This document shows positions 28,039 through 37,399 of a stretch of 64,000 nucleotides of DNA, in pieces. The position numbers and the translations under genes are program-made. The notes beneath the pieces were generated by a model. The model was not told the origin of the DNA. It did no database searches and saw only the letters and a list, made by a program, of their open reading frames with translations. Origin of the DNA: an uncultured archaeon (GTDB lineage Archaea > Asgardarchaeota > Heimdallarchaeia > Heimdallarchaeales > Heimdallarchaeaceae); the NCBI GenBank assembly GCA_964549075.1, contig CAZJUB010000004.1, positions 4,314 through 68,313 on the forward strand, read 5' to 3'. The number at the start of each line of letters is the position of its first letter. The first letter of the stretch is position 1.

Positions 28039-29829
28039 TTGCGGAACATTAAAATTCTTTTAAGAAAATGTTTTTCAATGTCTTCTAGTGCTAATGTCAA
28101 TCAAGCAGATGAAGAAATAACTGAAAAAGAAGAAGAGATAAACAAAGAAGTATCTGAGGGAACTGGAGAAGAGGAGGAAAAATTTCAAAGTAAAAAGAAA
28201 GGCAAATTTACCTTTACAATTCTTTCTGTAATAATATCAATTGTTTCTATTAGCACAAAATTCATGATAATTATTTATGATATTTTCATCCCAAAAGCAC
28301 TTCGTGAATATGTTCCTTTTCTAAATATGGTTCGTAAAATTGCTTTACCCATTTCAGAGATACTTGCAGGAAAGAAATCAAAAGAAATAACTGAGGTAAC
28401 AAATGAACTTGATGAATTGGATATTCAAAAAGAGAAGGTAATGAAAGCTTATCCTCTTCGAAGAACTATTGGGCAAGCGATAAGTATGGGTGTTTCTCCT
28501 CTTATTCTAATTGTAATTCCAACTATTATTTGGGGTGACACTTTGATCGACAAAATCCAACTAGCTCTTAATATACCAGAAGATTATCAATGGGTAATTT
28601 TTCTGCTATTGGGAACTATTATGTTGATTTTATCATGGATTGTAACCGTTTTCGGACCGTTTTATGTTATTTTTCATAATTCGAGTAAATATATGCTAAA
28701 ATTAGGAGCTTACAGGTGGGCAGCCATATTTCAAGATTTAGAAAATCTATTTGCTATCCCTTATTTTACTGCTAAATCTTCGTTTAGTTTTTTTGATGCA
28801 CCTCCAATCTCAAGTGAGACTCTAGAGGAATTTAAACTAGACATTAAAGACGAAGTAGAAACAGTTAAAGAGAAAGTGGAAGGATTGCTTGCACTCGACA
28901 CGAAGAATGTTCCTGATCGATCAAAAGAACAGCTTGAGAAACTCCTCAAGAAAATAGAGATCCCATTGGAAAAATTAGATTTATCCAAAGTTAAAGATAG
29001 TACTGCTAGAACATTTGCATTATTAATCTGGTCTAAAGAATCATCTATTCTTCCCTGGAGAAGACAAGATGCGTTAGAGAAATTTGCTGAAAGAAATAAT
29101 CTAACTAATCAAGAAGTCAAGGAAGCTTTCATTCTCTTAAACAAAAAGAGAAAGGAAGAAGGTATATCTGAGGAAACTGTCAAGTCAATTCTTGTTACAG
29201 GAGCACTAAAAGGAATTGAGAAACAAGAAGAGAAATATGAACAAATAATGACAGATATTGAAGCTAACAAACTAGCCATTTCTTTAGCATTAGGTACAGA
29301 ACAATATTTAGAAGACCTTTACTCAACACTTCCATTATTCTTAAAGATTCTAAAGGAAATTAGTTTTTCAATTTTAGCCTTTTTAATGCCATTTCTGCTT
29401 ATAATTATAGCAATTTTACTTTACATCAAACATGTCATCTTTACTCTGTTCAAGACATTATTTTCAAAAGATACCTTAAGGATTCATAGATATATTAAGA
29501 AAAGATATAAAGAAATCAAAAACACACTAGAAGAAACTTATCAATCTGTAAAAGAAAAAGGTAAGAAATTCAATTTCAAAGAAGATGTCGATATCGATTT
29601 CAAAGGCTTTTTCAAGAAAATTGGAAAAGGTTTCTTGAAACTTATTCTCGCTCTTATTAAATTAGCAATTCTATGGCCTTTATGGAAATCACTCTATATT
29701 CGTATAGCTAAACTTGTTGCAAATCGAAAACCAGAAGCAAAGATGAGAAAGATGTTTGAGAAAGAGCTCACAACAGAATCGTTGATTTTCATGTATCAAG
29801 AAGTATATGATAGATTAATTATTCAATAG
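28039..29829 (+). CDS. Large polytopic membrane protein of unknown function (paralog family member 3)
   Basis: 596 aa. It starts 10 bp after the previous paralog. Conserved blocks: IPKALREYVP, AYPLRRTIGQ, FGPFYVIFH, AIPYFTAKSSFSFFDAPP, ARTFALLIWSKE, MYQEVYDRL. Confidence 0.6.
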   Translation: MRNIKILLRKCFSMSSSANVNQADEEITEKEEEINKEVSEGTGEEEEKFQSKKKGKFTFTILSVIISIVSISTKFMIIIYDIFIPKALREYVPFLNMVRKIALPISEILAGKKSKEITEVTNELDELDIQKEKVMKAYPLRRTIGQAISMGVSPLILIVIPTIIWGDTLIDKIQLALNIPEDYQWVIFLLLGTIMLILSWIVTVFGPFYVIFHNSSKYMLKLGAYRWAAIFQDLENLFAIPYFTAKSSFSFFDAPPISSETLEEFKLDIKDEVETVKEKVEGLLALDTKNVPDRSKEQLEKLLKKIEIPLEKLDLSKVKDSTARTFALLIWSKESSILPWRRQDALEKFAERNNLTNQEVKEAFILLNKKRKEEGISEETVKSILVTGALKGIEKQEEKYEQIMTDIEANKLAISLALGTEQYLEDLYSTLPLFLKILKEISFSILAFLMPFLLIIIAILLYIKHVIFTLFKTLFSKDTLRIHRYIKKRYKEIKNTLEETYQSVKEKGKKFNFKEDVDIDFKGFFKKIGKGFLKLILALIKLAILWPLWKSLYIRIAKLVANRKPEAKMRKMFEKELTTESLIFMYQEVYDRLIIQ

Positions 29830-29921
29830 ATTTTTCTTCTGTTACTCAATTTTAGAAAACAAAACTTAAAAATGGATTACCTATCCGTTGGTTCACTAAT
29901 ATTATTACATAGGGTGAAGAA

Positions 29922-31025
29922 TTGACTATACAAGATCCACTTAAAGGGCAGAAATTTGGTCCTGCTATTGTATCTCTAGCTAATGCAGCTCGAGCTTTTG
30001 ATGCTCCTGTACGTTATCCAATTTTATTTAACTCACCAAACGCTTTTACTTCCCCATGGGGAATGCCTAGAGCTTCTTCTTTTATAACGTTGATTGAACA
30101 TTTCTTTGGAATACTCATCTTATTACCCATTATAGGATTCTCAAGAGGTTTCAAGAAGTTGTTTTTAGCAATCAAATCATTCACTGTAAGAGATTGGATA
30201 TCTCTGTTATACGTTTCATTTGGTGGATCAGCATTGGGTTTATTCTTTTTTCTTATAGCAATGGGTTTAGGAAATCCAACTATTGCGATATTAGTCCAAA
30301 AAATACAACCACTTGTTACCTTAGTTTTTGCTGTTATAATATTAAAAGAAAAATTATCACTTAGGTTCTATATTGCTCTTGGATTCTCACTTATAGGGAT
30401 TGTATTAATGGCTATGCCTGATATTATAAAATTAGTAGAAGAAGGTGATTACACTGGTCTAATTGCAATACTATTCTCCCTAATTGCAGCAATCCTTTGG
30501 GGAGGTAGCACTGTTTTCGGTAGAATTCTTACTGAAAAAGTAGATTTTTGGGATCTAACTTTACTTCGATATGTTGGAGGATTTATATTCTTAATTTTCT
30601 TGAATATACCTCTAATGACTTACAATTCTACTTATTTTGGATTTCTTCTCCAGAAACAGCATGTATTTGCTTATGAAAATCCAGCAGGTTCAGGTATTTT
30701 TGTTCCTGTTAATTGGCAATGGATTATTATCTTAGCAATACTCTATTTTGCTTCTTTAACAGGTGGTGTTTTACCACTAATGTTATATTATTTTGGTCTT
30801 AAACGTTCAAAAGCAGCAATAGCAGGATTATCAGAATTAGCTTTCCCTGTTTTAGCAATTATTGTCAATTACTACTTCTTAGGTTATGGACTAGATTGGT
30901 TTCAAGGTTCAGGAGCGCTTTTATTAGTTGTTACGATGTCTTTACTTTCATATATTAATGCAAAAGAAATGGAAAAGACAAAAAAACACGCTAGCAGTAC
31001 AAATACGAAGGTTGAGAAAGAATAA
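29922..31025 (+). CDS. DMT-superfamily (EamA-like) membrane transporter, tentative
   Basis: 367 aa with ~10 TM helices in two halves. The motif ILKEKLSLRFYIALGFSLIGIVLM resembles the EamA repeat end. Confidence 0.45.
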   Translation: MTIQDPLKGQKFGPAIVSLANAARAFDAPVRYPILFNSPNAFTSPWGMPRASSFITLIEHFFGILILLPIIGFSRGFKKLFLAIKSFTVRDWISLLYVSFGGSALGLFFFLIAMGLGNPTIAILVQKIQPLVTLVFAVIILKEKLSLRFYIALGFSLIGIVLMAMPDIIKLVEEGDYTGLIAILFSLIAAILWGGSTVFGRILTEKVDFWDLTLLRYVGGFIFLIFLNIPLMTYNSTYFGFLLQKQHVFAYENPAGSGIFVPVNWQWIIILAILYFASLTGGVLPLMLYYFGLKRSKAAIAGLSELAFPVLAIIVNYYFLGYGLDWFQGSGALLLVVTMSLLSYINAKEMEKTKKHASSTNTKVEKE

Positions 31026-31038
31026 AATTGTATTTTTT

Positions 31039-31611
31039 TCACCAATCTATTCCAAAAATTATTTCTAGTTCGAAAGGACTTATTATTTTTCCTTGATTGA
31101 AGTTCAAAAGTGTAATCCTATTGTTCAGATAAGATTTCAAATCTTTTATAATAACCTCATATCCCTCTTTATCAACTTCTTTATCAAGATGTAGCGTAAC
31201 AGTAAAAATCTTCATGGCACTATCATATTCAGTTTCAACATCAGCAACTAAATGAGCGAAGAATCTTGAGTTAAACATTTCATCTATTTCATTATATCGT
31301 TCTGTTAAAAACCACGCAGGAACTAATTCTTCCTCTTCTTCTGCAACTTCCTTATATGATTTTTTCTTCTTATCATGATATACACTAAGTAATTTAAAAA
31401 TAAGCTCATCTACTCTGAGCTTAAGATATTCATTCAAGGTTTCACTTTTCAACAGCTTTGCTTTGACATGTTCAAAGTAATCTGAGAACATGTCGTCACT
31501 ATAATGAATCATCTTTGAATCAAACCAATTTCCTACTGTTTCCAGAATCGAATTCAGGTCCAATTCAAAAATCAATGTTTCAACCTTTTCTTCATCACTC
31601 ATTGATATCAC
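31039..31611 (-). CDS. Hypothetical acidic protein
   Basis: 190-aa ORF with no recognised motif. Confidence 0.4.
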   Translation of the reverse strand: MISMSDEEKVETLIFELDLNSILETVGNWFDSKMIHYSDDMFSDYFEHVKAKLLKSETLNEYLKLRVDELIFKLLSVYHDKKKKSYKEVAEEEEELVPAWFLTERYNEIDEMFNSRFFAHLVADVETEYDSAMKIFTVTLHLDKEVDKEGYEVIIKDLKSYLNNRITLLNFNQGKIISPFELEIIFGIDW

Positions 31612-31776
31612 TTTTATGAAGTGAGATTAGTATACTTAATCCAAACTTGTTTAAATAGTATTCTGTGATATCAAGAAAATTTATTTAGAAAAAGGATAGT
31701 AATTGAATATATTAAATTGTATTACCCTTACATTAAGCTTTATTAGTTACAAAAATCAGAAAATAATAGGGGTTCT

Positions 31777-34700
31777 ATGAAATTAAATTTTTCAACTGCT
31801 ATTATCATCAGTATTGTATTTACATCCTTTCTTCTTAATCCACAATTGATCTCATTAATAAATAAATCTAATAATCAATCAACAGAATCAAGTCCAGAAA
31901 CGCAAACAAATAATATTCCTAATTATGATGACGATGTTTCTACCATTAAAAAAATTGAAACACCAGGTCATTATGCATTAAAAGCATTTTTTTCACAAAA
32001 TAACATCATAAATATAGGTCCTGAAGGCGATGCTTTAGAATGGGTTAGCTATGATGACATACGATATTCAGGATGGTCAAGTAGTTATTCAACCATGGAT
32101 TTCAGAATTGATAGTAGTTACACATATAATCCTGATTGTTGGCCAAATCAAGTTGATACATATACCTACATGAGAGATAATGGATATCCCTATCCTGTTT
32201 CAGTAATGTATAGCCCTGTTTTTGAAGAAGAAACATATATTCAAGGTAAAGTTCATTTTTTGACATATCTTCGAACAAATTTCGATTATGCTTATTCATT
32301 AACTATAACTTTTCGAATTAGACTCATGCTTTTCAATACTACAGATTCAACATCATCAGAGATTATATCGATAGAAGATGATTTAGGTTATGATGATTAC
32401 ACACAAGCAATTACTTATGATTACACCTTAGGTTCGCCAGTAACAATACCAGCTGGATTTCGGCTTAAAGTAGCTTATGATGCAAAATTATCTACTCTAA
32501 GTTATTCTGGAAATATGTTTCTATATGCAGGAGACAGAGGATATAACACTTTACATTGGAATATTTATGATGGAGATTATTCTGCGTATTATTCAATATC
32601 AAGTACTGATGAGATTTTAGGAGTTCAATTCGATATGTATGATACCATTTATCCTAATATCATAACTTCAGGATTTAGTAATAACACTATTTATCAAGAA
32701 AATAAAACAATTTCAATTGATGTATCAGGAGCAGAAGATAGTTCCTATACTTGGGATTATGGAACACCTGTTAGTTTTGGTACTTATACAACCACAGATT
32801 TACCTTTTACCATGGGCTGGCACACTTTAGCAGTACAAGCTCTAGATGAGTATGAGAACAACAAGACAATGATTTATGAAATAGGTTATGATGGTTCAAT
32901 AATTAATATTGCTCTTCAGAGTCCAAGTAACAATTCAGTTGTTGGTAAAGGAGAAATTCTTGATTTTGAGATATTTAGTATAGATTATGCAACGTATGAA
33001 TGGGATAATAGTGGAACGCAAAATAATTTAACATCACCAGAATATGACATTATTGCGCCAGCATTTGATGGAATTCACAATTTAACAATTACAACACATG
33101 ATGTTTTTGAAACTAAATCTTTCTATTATGAATTTAATTTTGATGGTATAGCACCAGCTATAAATCTCGTAGATGCTAGTGTGTCTAACAATTCTATACA
33201 ACCAGCTGGGAAACTCATTGACATCAATGTAACAGATCCTGTAGGAGTAGCTGAAGTGTATTATAAATGGGATTCAAGAGATAATTTTACTTGGTATGCT
33301 TTTGATGGATCTATCTATAGAACATATTTACCAGAATCGGCTGGAGTTCATACCCTTTATGTCTCAGCTAAAGATAATTATGACAATGCAATTAGTTTAG
33401 TTTTCCGTTTTACAGCTCAATTAAATCAAATATTAGTGGAATTAAGAAATGTTAATGACAACTCATACTTTCAAGGTAACAATGTTATAGAAGTAACTAT
33501 GCTTGGAATTAATAATACGATAAAATATAAATGGGACTCAGGAAGCGAATTAGATGGTTTATTAGATGCGTTTTATGTTAATTCAACGTTGATTCTAAAT
33601 GGAACTAATGTTCTTCCTTATTCACCCTTAGGAGAACATTATTTGACTATTAGAACCTTTGATACATCTGATATGCAGCATATTTATATTTTTAAATTTA
33701 CTTTGGATAGAGAAGCTCCTGTAATTCTCACAGACAAACTGGAATATGATGGGAAAAGATTTCTTGATACTGATACTTTACAATTTTCTTTTAGTGACAA
33801 TTTTGCTTCAGTGTCTCAGTTAGATGTAATCCTTTCTGTTGATGGAATTACAAACCATTCTCTTATATACCCTTACAATTTTAATCTTCTCTCACTATCT
33901 GATGGAACATATAATTTAACTATATATGTTTATGATATTGCAGATAATTTCGCGATAAGATCCTATCTAATAACTATAGATAATACTGCTCCTGAGATAG
34001 AAATCATTAATATGGAAGATATAGTTTATCTGCAAGGTCAGTATTATATTCCAGGTGATTTTAATGTATCTGTCTTAATAACAGATGATGATAGTCAGAT
34101 TAACAGTACATATTCATGGGGAGGAACAGAATATAATGATTTCAGTAATTCTTTCATCTTAAGTTTTATAGATGGAACTTCAGTCTTGTATATAAATGCA
34201 AGTGATTCTTTAGGAAATCATGAAGAAATTTCTATAACATTAACAATAGATAGTACAGCTCCTATATCCACCTTAGTCTTTCCTTTTATTAATTCTAAAA
34301 TCAATAGTAATACAACTTTAGATTTTGTTATTGAAGATATATCAAGAGCTACAATTGAAACTATATATTATACGTGGGATTATATTCCAGCAGCTATATT
34401 TTTTCCATTAACATTTAATAGTCTAGGCGAAGCAACATTCGATGGATATCCAGAATCTTTCTATCCAGCAAATGGCACAACAGCTGTTTTGTCAGTTTAT
34501 GTAGAAGATATAGTTGGGAATAACCATACATATACATATAGTTTTGTTGTTGATAATGAAGGACCAAATTATAATCTGCAACTATACAACGAGGATACTG
34601 AACAATGGGAAATTCTAAAAATTACAGAGACTTATCTTATAACTAATGATTCATTGATTAGAATAGTTGCAGAAAATACTGAAGATACTTTTAATTATTT

Positions 34701-36135
34701 CTGGAATAATGAAACAGATAGACCAATAAACAAATCGACTTGGTTAATTTCCGATGTTCCAGATTATGGTTTAGTCAATTTAACAATTGTTGCTAATGAT
34801 GACTCTGGAGAAAGATTATTTCCAAATGAAAAAATTATTACATTTCACTTTACTAATAAAAAAGAAGGTGCTCTTATAATTCTAAACTCCAATGATCAAG
34901 TAATATATGGAGATAATCTTAGAGTTCGAGTAGTTTTACAAGATGACCTATCAAATAATCAATCTATTATCAAAATTTCTGTGAACGGAACTTCTTTATC
35001 TTTCTCTTTAGAAACTGCAAGTATTTATTATTTTGACTATACTATACGAAAGTCTAAGGGTAATTATAACTTACAAATAATAGCTGAATCAGATCTTTAT
35101 TTTGGTAAAACAAATAATTCCTTAATCTATAATTTTGTCGTTCTTCCGCTTCCTCTCAATTTAACTATTGCTTCTTCAAGCTTAGAAGTAATAGCTGGTT
35201 CAGCAGTAGAATTAACAGGAACATTGACTTTCCTAAATGGAACCCCAGTTGAAGATATGGATTTAATTTTCAATTTTTACATTTATTATAAGGATAATAG
35301 TTTTTTCACTATTACAGCAGCATTTACTGATTATGATAATATTACAACTCGTACTGGGCAAACAAATTCTTATGGTATTGCAACAGTAACTTTTACCCCA
35401 ACAGAAGATTTGGACCATATTTCAGTAGATGTTTCCTTTGAAGGAAGTGATATATTAGGTAATATCTCTTTAGATTTTTCACAGTCAATTGTGGTTATTA
35501 AAGCAGGTTTACAATCTTGGCTTTTATATACAATTATAGGTGGAAGTTTAGTTATTATAGCTATAGTATCTCTAATAATATACAGAGCAACTAGATCAAC
35601 TCCTTTTGAAGATCTTCTAAGTAAAGTTACAGAAGAGGATGTGATGATAAAACTCCAAGAATTTTGTCCGGGTGTGATTCTTACTATTTTTGATCAAAGG
35701 CAAGGTGCTATACCTATTCTAACTGATCATTCATTCGGATTTGACCATAGTGGAAGAATTGCTTTAGAGTCAGATAATTTCATACTGAAAGTATCTGACC
35801 AAGCCTTTTCAGCTCTGGGATTTGAAGAAACACTTCAAGGAAGAAGATTGGGTTCGTTAACACTTCCAAATGAATCTATGCTAGGTTTTCTCCAAGGTAT
35901 TCAAATACAGAATAAAGAAGCTAGAGGAGGACTTGAAAATCTTGTTCTCGTAGTTTTAACTGATTTAGAATATGGTACAACATTATTAACCTACCAAGAG
36001 TATTTACATCCATTAATAGATGATTTACAAGCAATGCTTCAAGAGAAAAAACCTTTGAAGGAAATTGAAAGTCAGATGAGAGTAATTAGACTTCAAGCTG
36101 TAAAAGTAATTTTAGCTGGATACGAATTAGAATGA
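31777..36135 (+). CDS. Giant surface glycoprotein: signal peptide, ~7-8 cadherin/Ig-like repeats, one TM helix, and a ~190-aa cytoplasmic roadblock/LC7-like tail
   Basis: 1452 aa. N-terminal signal (MKLNFSTAIIISIVFTSFLL). It is Asn/Thr/Tyr-rich with dozens of N-x-S/T sequons. Repeats begin with D-x-x-A-P (DGIAPAINL, DREAPVILT, DNTAPEIEI, DSTAPISTL, DNEGPNYNL) and carry a (Y/K)YxWD motif (YTWDYG, YEWDNS, YKWDSR, YKWDSG, YTWDYI). The TM helix is SWLLYTIIGGSLVIIAIVSLIIY. The tail begins VMIKLQEFCPGVILTIFDQRQGAIPILTD (roadblock-like start). Confidence 0.6.
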   Translation: MKLNFSTAIIISIVFTSFLLNPQLISLINKSNNQSTESSPETQTNNIPNYDDDVSTIKKIETPGHYALKAFFSQNNIINIGPEGDALEWVSYDDIRYSGWSSSYSTMDFRIDSSYTYNPDCWPNQVDTYTYMRDNGYPYPVSVMYSPVFEEETYIQGKVHFLTYLRTNFDYAYSLTITFRIRLMLFNTTDSTSSEIISIEDDLGYDDYTQAITYDYTLGSPVTIPAGFRLKVAYDAKLSTLSYSGNMFLYAGDRGYNTLHWNIYDGDYSAYYSISSTDEILGVQFDMYDTIYPNIITSGFSNNTIYQENKTISIDVSGAEDSSYTWDYGTPVSFGTYTTTDLPFTMGWHTLAVQALDEYENNKTMIYEIGYDGSIINIALQSPSNNSVVGKGEILDFEIFSIDYATYEWDNSGTQNNLTSPEYDIIAPAFDGIHNLTITTHDVFETKSFYYEFNFDGIAPAINLVDASVSNNSIQPAGKLIDINVTDPVGVAEVYYKWDSRDNFTWYAFDGSIYRTYLPESAGVHTLYVSAKDNYDNAISLVFRFTAQLNQILVELRNVNDNSYFQGNNVIEVTMLGINNTIKYKWDSGSELDGLLDAFYVNSTLILNGTNVLPYSPLGEHYLTIRTFDTSDMQHIYIFKFTLDREAPVILTDKLEYDGKRFLDTDTLQFSFSDNFASVSQLDVILSVDGITNHSLIYPYNFNLLSLSDGTYNLTIYVYDIADNFAIRSYLITIDNTAPEIEIINMEDIVYLQGQYYIPGDFNVSVLITDDDSQINSTYSWGGTEYNDFSNSFILSFIDGTSVLYINASDSLGNHEEISITLTIDSTAPISTLVFPFINSKINSNTTLDFVIEDISRATIETIYYTWDYIPAAIFFPLTFNSLGEATFDGYPESFYPANGTTAVLSVYVEDIVGNNHTYTYSFVVDNEGPNYNLQLYNEDTEQWEILKITETYLITNDSLIRIVAENTEDTFNYFWNNETDRPINKSTWLISDVPDYGLVNLTIVANDDSGERLFPNEKIITFHFTNKKEGALIILNSNDQVIYGDNLRVRVVLQDDLSNNQSIIKISVNGTSLSFSLETASIYYFDYTIRKSKGNYNLQIIAESDLYFGKTNNSLIYNFVVLPLPLNLTIASSSLEVIAGSAVELTGTLTFLNGTPVEDMDLIFNFYIYYKDNSFFTITAAFTDYDNITTRTGQTNSYGIATVTFTPTEDLDHISVDVSFEGSDILGNISLDFSQSIVVIKAGLQSWLLYTIIGGSLVIIAIVSLIIYRATRSTPFEDLLSKVTEEDVMIKLQEFCPGVILTIFDQRQGAIPILTDHSFGFDHSGRIALESDNFILKVSDQAFSALGFEETLQGRRLGSLTLPNESMLGFLQGIQIQNKEARGGLENLVLVVLTDLEYGTTLLTYQEYLHPLIDDLQAMLQEKKPLKEIESQMRVIRLQAVKVILAGYELE

Positions 36136-37359
36136 TTATATACTGTAGTCAAAAATTACCTTTATTGCTTTATTCTTTTTCTTATTAAATGCGGTTTTAA
36201 GTGCAGTTTTATAATCTTTTAAATCAAATCTGTGCGTTATTATCTCGGAGATTTTAGGATTAATTTTTTTCTCAAGTATAAATTCACTCACTAATTGAAA
36301 AGTTGTTTTCTTTTTACCATTCCACTCTTCAGTACCATGAATACATGAACCAAGGAGGTCAACCTCTTGATACCAAATAGGAGAGTAATCAAATTTTCCT
36401 TGTTTTAAATTAACACCTAAGACCATAACCTTACCTTTACCTTTAGTCCACCGTAATGAATTCTGAATAGTTCTAGCTTTACCTACACAATCATATATCA
36501 GATTAAATCCACCAGCGAATGTTTTGTTACCAAAATAGCCTTTGTAGAGAACAGCATCGAGTTTTTGACCAAGATAATTATCCATTTCTTTATTTGAGAT
36601 AACATGTGTTGCACCAAATTTCTTTGCCATATCAACTTGAAAATCATATTTAGCTAAAACTGTAACATCAGCATCAGGTAGTATTGCTTTAACACAGACT
36701 AAGGTACACAATCCTATAGTTCCAGCTCCAATTATTAAAATTTTATCATCTTCTTTTGGAGAAGCTCTGAGAACACCTCTTAAGGCACATGAAAGTGGTT
36801 CGATTAATAGTGCTTCATCTGAAGTGATTTTTTCTGGTACGAAGAACAGCTGGTCTTTATGATATTTGAAACCAGTACTCCATCCTCCTGCAGCATCATA
36901 TTCAGTGAACTCTGCAAATTTACCAGCTTGTTCACATAACCAGAAATCTCCTTCTTCGCATCTAGGACACATTTTATCTGCTTGATGAAGATAACAAGAT
37001 GGACCTTTTTGTACTATCACTCTATCACCAATTGTTAAATTAGAAACATCTGAACCAACTTCTGTAATTTCAGCTACACATTCATGTCCCATCTGTCTAG
37101 GATCTGGAGAAGGAACAATAGTAGGAGATACATCTAAAGCAAAATCTAACGCTACTAAATGTAAATCTGAACCGCAAACTCCACCACGTAAAGTTTTAGT
37201 CAATACTTCATCAGGTTTTTCTATTTCAAAATTGTAGTTTTTCTTAAATACTACAGACCCTAATCCGGAAAATACTACACTCTTCCAAACAGGTTGCAAA
37301 ATTTGTGATATTAGAACTTTAGGTACAGATGGATCAAAATACACAATTTCAGTTTCCAT
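36136..37359 (-). CDS. Zn-dependent alcohol dehydrogenase / medium-chain dehydrogenase-reductase family protein (threonine/sorbitol dehydrogenase-like)
   Basis: GGVCGSDLH catalytic-zinc motif. Structural zinc cluster CYLHQADKMCPRCEEGDFWLCE. Rossmann motif ILIIGAGTIGL. Confidence 0.8.
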   Translation of the reverse strand: METEIVYFDPSVPKVLISQILQPVWKSVVFSGLGSVVFKKNYNFEIEKPDEVLTKTLRGGVCGSDLHLVALDFALDVSPTIVPSPDPRQMGHECVAEITEVGSDVSNLTIGDRVIVQKGPSCYLHQADKMCPRCEEGDFWLCEQAGKFAEFTEYDAAGGWSTGFKYHKDQLFFVPEKITSDEALLIEPLSCALRGVLRASPKEDDKILIIGAGTIGLCTLVCVKAILPDADVTVLAKYDFQVDMAKKFGATHVISNKEMDNYLGQKLDAVLYKGYFGNKTFAGGFNLIYDCVGKARTIQNSLRWTKGKGKVMVLGVNLKQGKFDYSPIWYQEVDLLGSCIHGTEEWNGKKKTTFQLVSEFILEKKINPKISEIITHRFDLKDYKTALKTAFNKKKNKAIKVIFDYSI

Positions 37360-37399
37360 ACTCTTTTAAAATTGAACTAGTTTTTAATTTTAACCTATT

